From Candidatus Saccharimonadota bacterium (GTDB lineage Bacteria > Patescibacteriota > Gracilibacteria > BD1-5 > UBA2023), in NCBI GenBank assembly GCA_046350815.1, contig JAXLZO010000001.1:720001-752000 (forward strand): a DNA stretch of 32,000 nt, given 5' to 3'. Within the stretch, counting starts at the first letter, position 1. Each line of letters starts with the position of its first letter. A model generated the notes under the pieces. It saw only the letters and a list, made by a program, of their open reading frames with translations. It was not told the origin of the DNA and did not search any database. Shown piece after piece: positions 31,887-32,000 of the stretch. The position numbers and the translations under genes are program-made.

Positions 31887-32000
31887 GGGTCTAAACCAGT
31901 TACGGGTTATATTGACGAAGTAACTTTAGCACTTCCTTATAAATATCTTTTCATTGAATACGACAATTATATCTGAATTCAGATTCTTTCAAAAAATAGT
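31887..32000 (-). mobile_element. Second IS1595-family element, right-hand end (continues beyond window)
   Basis: The terminal sequence gggtctaaaccagttacgggtta resembles the ends of the 8869-9280 element. The interior is near-identical to the reverse complement of 9167-9215 with one mismatch. Confidence 0.75.
31900..32000 (-). CDS. IS1595-family transposase, C-terminal end (partial; 5' part outside window)
   Basis: The minus strand reads ...YFLKESEFRYNCRIQ(TGA)KDIYKEVLKLLRQYNP, with stop TAA at 31900-31902 inside the terminal repeat. Confidence 0.75.

Overview
AT-rich bacterial window that only makes sense under translation table 25 (UGA = Gly; SR1/Absconditabacteria and Gracilibacteria, Candidate Phyla Radiation). 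Under the standard code almost every gene breaks into fragments. Reading TGA as Gly restores about 30 tightly packed full-length genes that all end in TAA or TAG. The left 12 kb is a surface-glycan locus: a DUF2304 protein plus GT2, galE, a wecB-like gene, rfbB, rfbA, an SDR, an rfbC-like gene, an E1/RfbH-type 3-dehydrase fused in frame to a GT2, two tandem GT2 paralogues sharing a 332-bp identical 5' module, and a convergent GT2. An internally deleted IS1595-like element with flanking 7-bp direct repeats interrupts this locus. A second, diverged copy in inverted orientation sits at the right window edge, next to a SemiSWEET gene carrying two in-frame TAA codons. The rest is mostly housekeeping: an RNase HII-QueH fusion, aldose 1-epimerase, truB, nrdR, mscL, two tRNA(CAT) genes, relA/spoT, pheT and typA. 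Lineage-specific genes are mixed in: a GNAT-ASCH fusion plus a second ASCH-like protein, a PriA C-terminal-only ORF, a secreted roughly 40-aa-repeat protein, a T4SS-pilin-like protein, a zinc-ribbon membrane protein, and a 612-aa disordered single-pass membrane protein. I found no CRISPR array, no rRNA and no recognisable defence operon. The most unusual items are the gene fusions, the GT2 module duplication, the IS scar and several side effects of the recoding.
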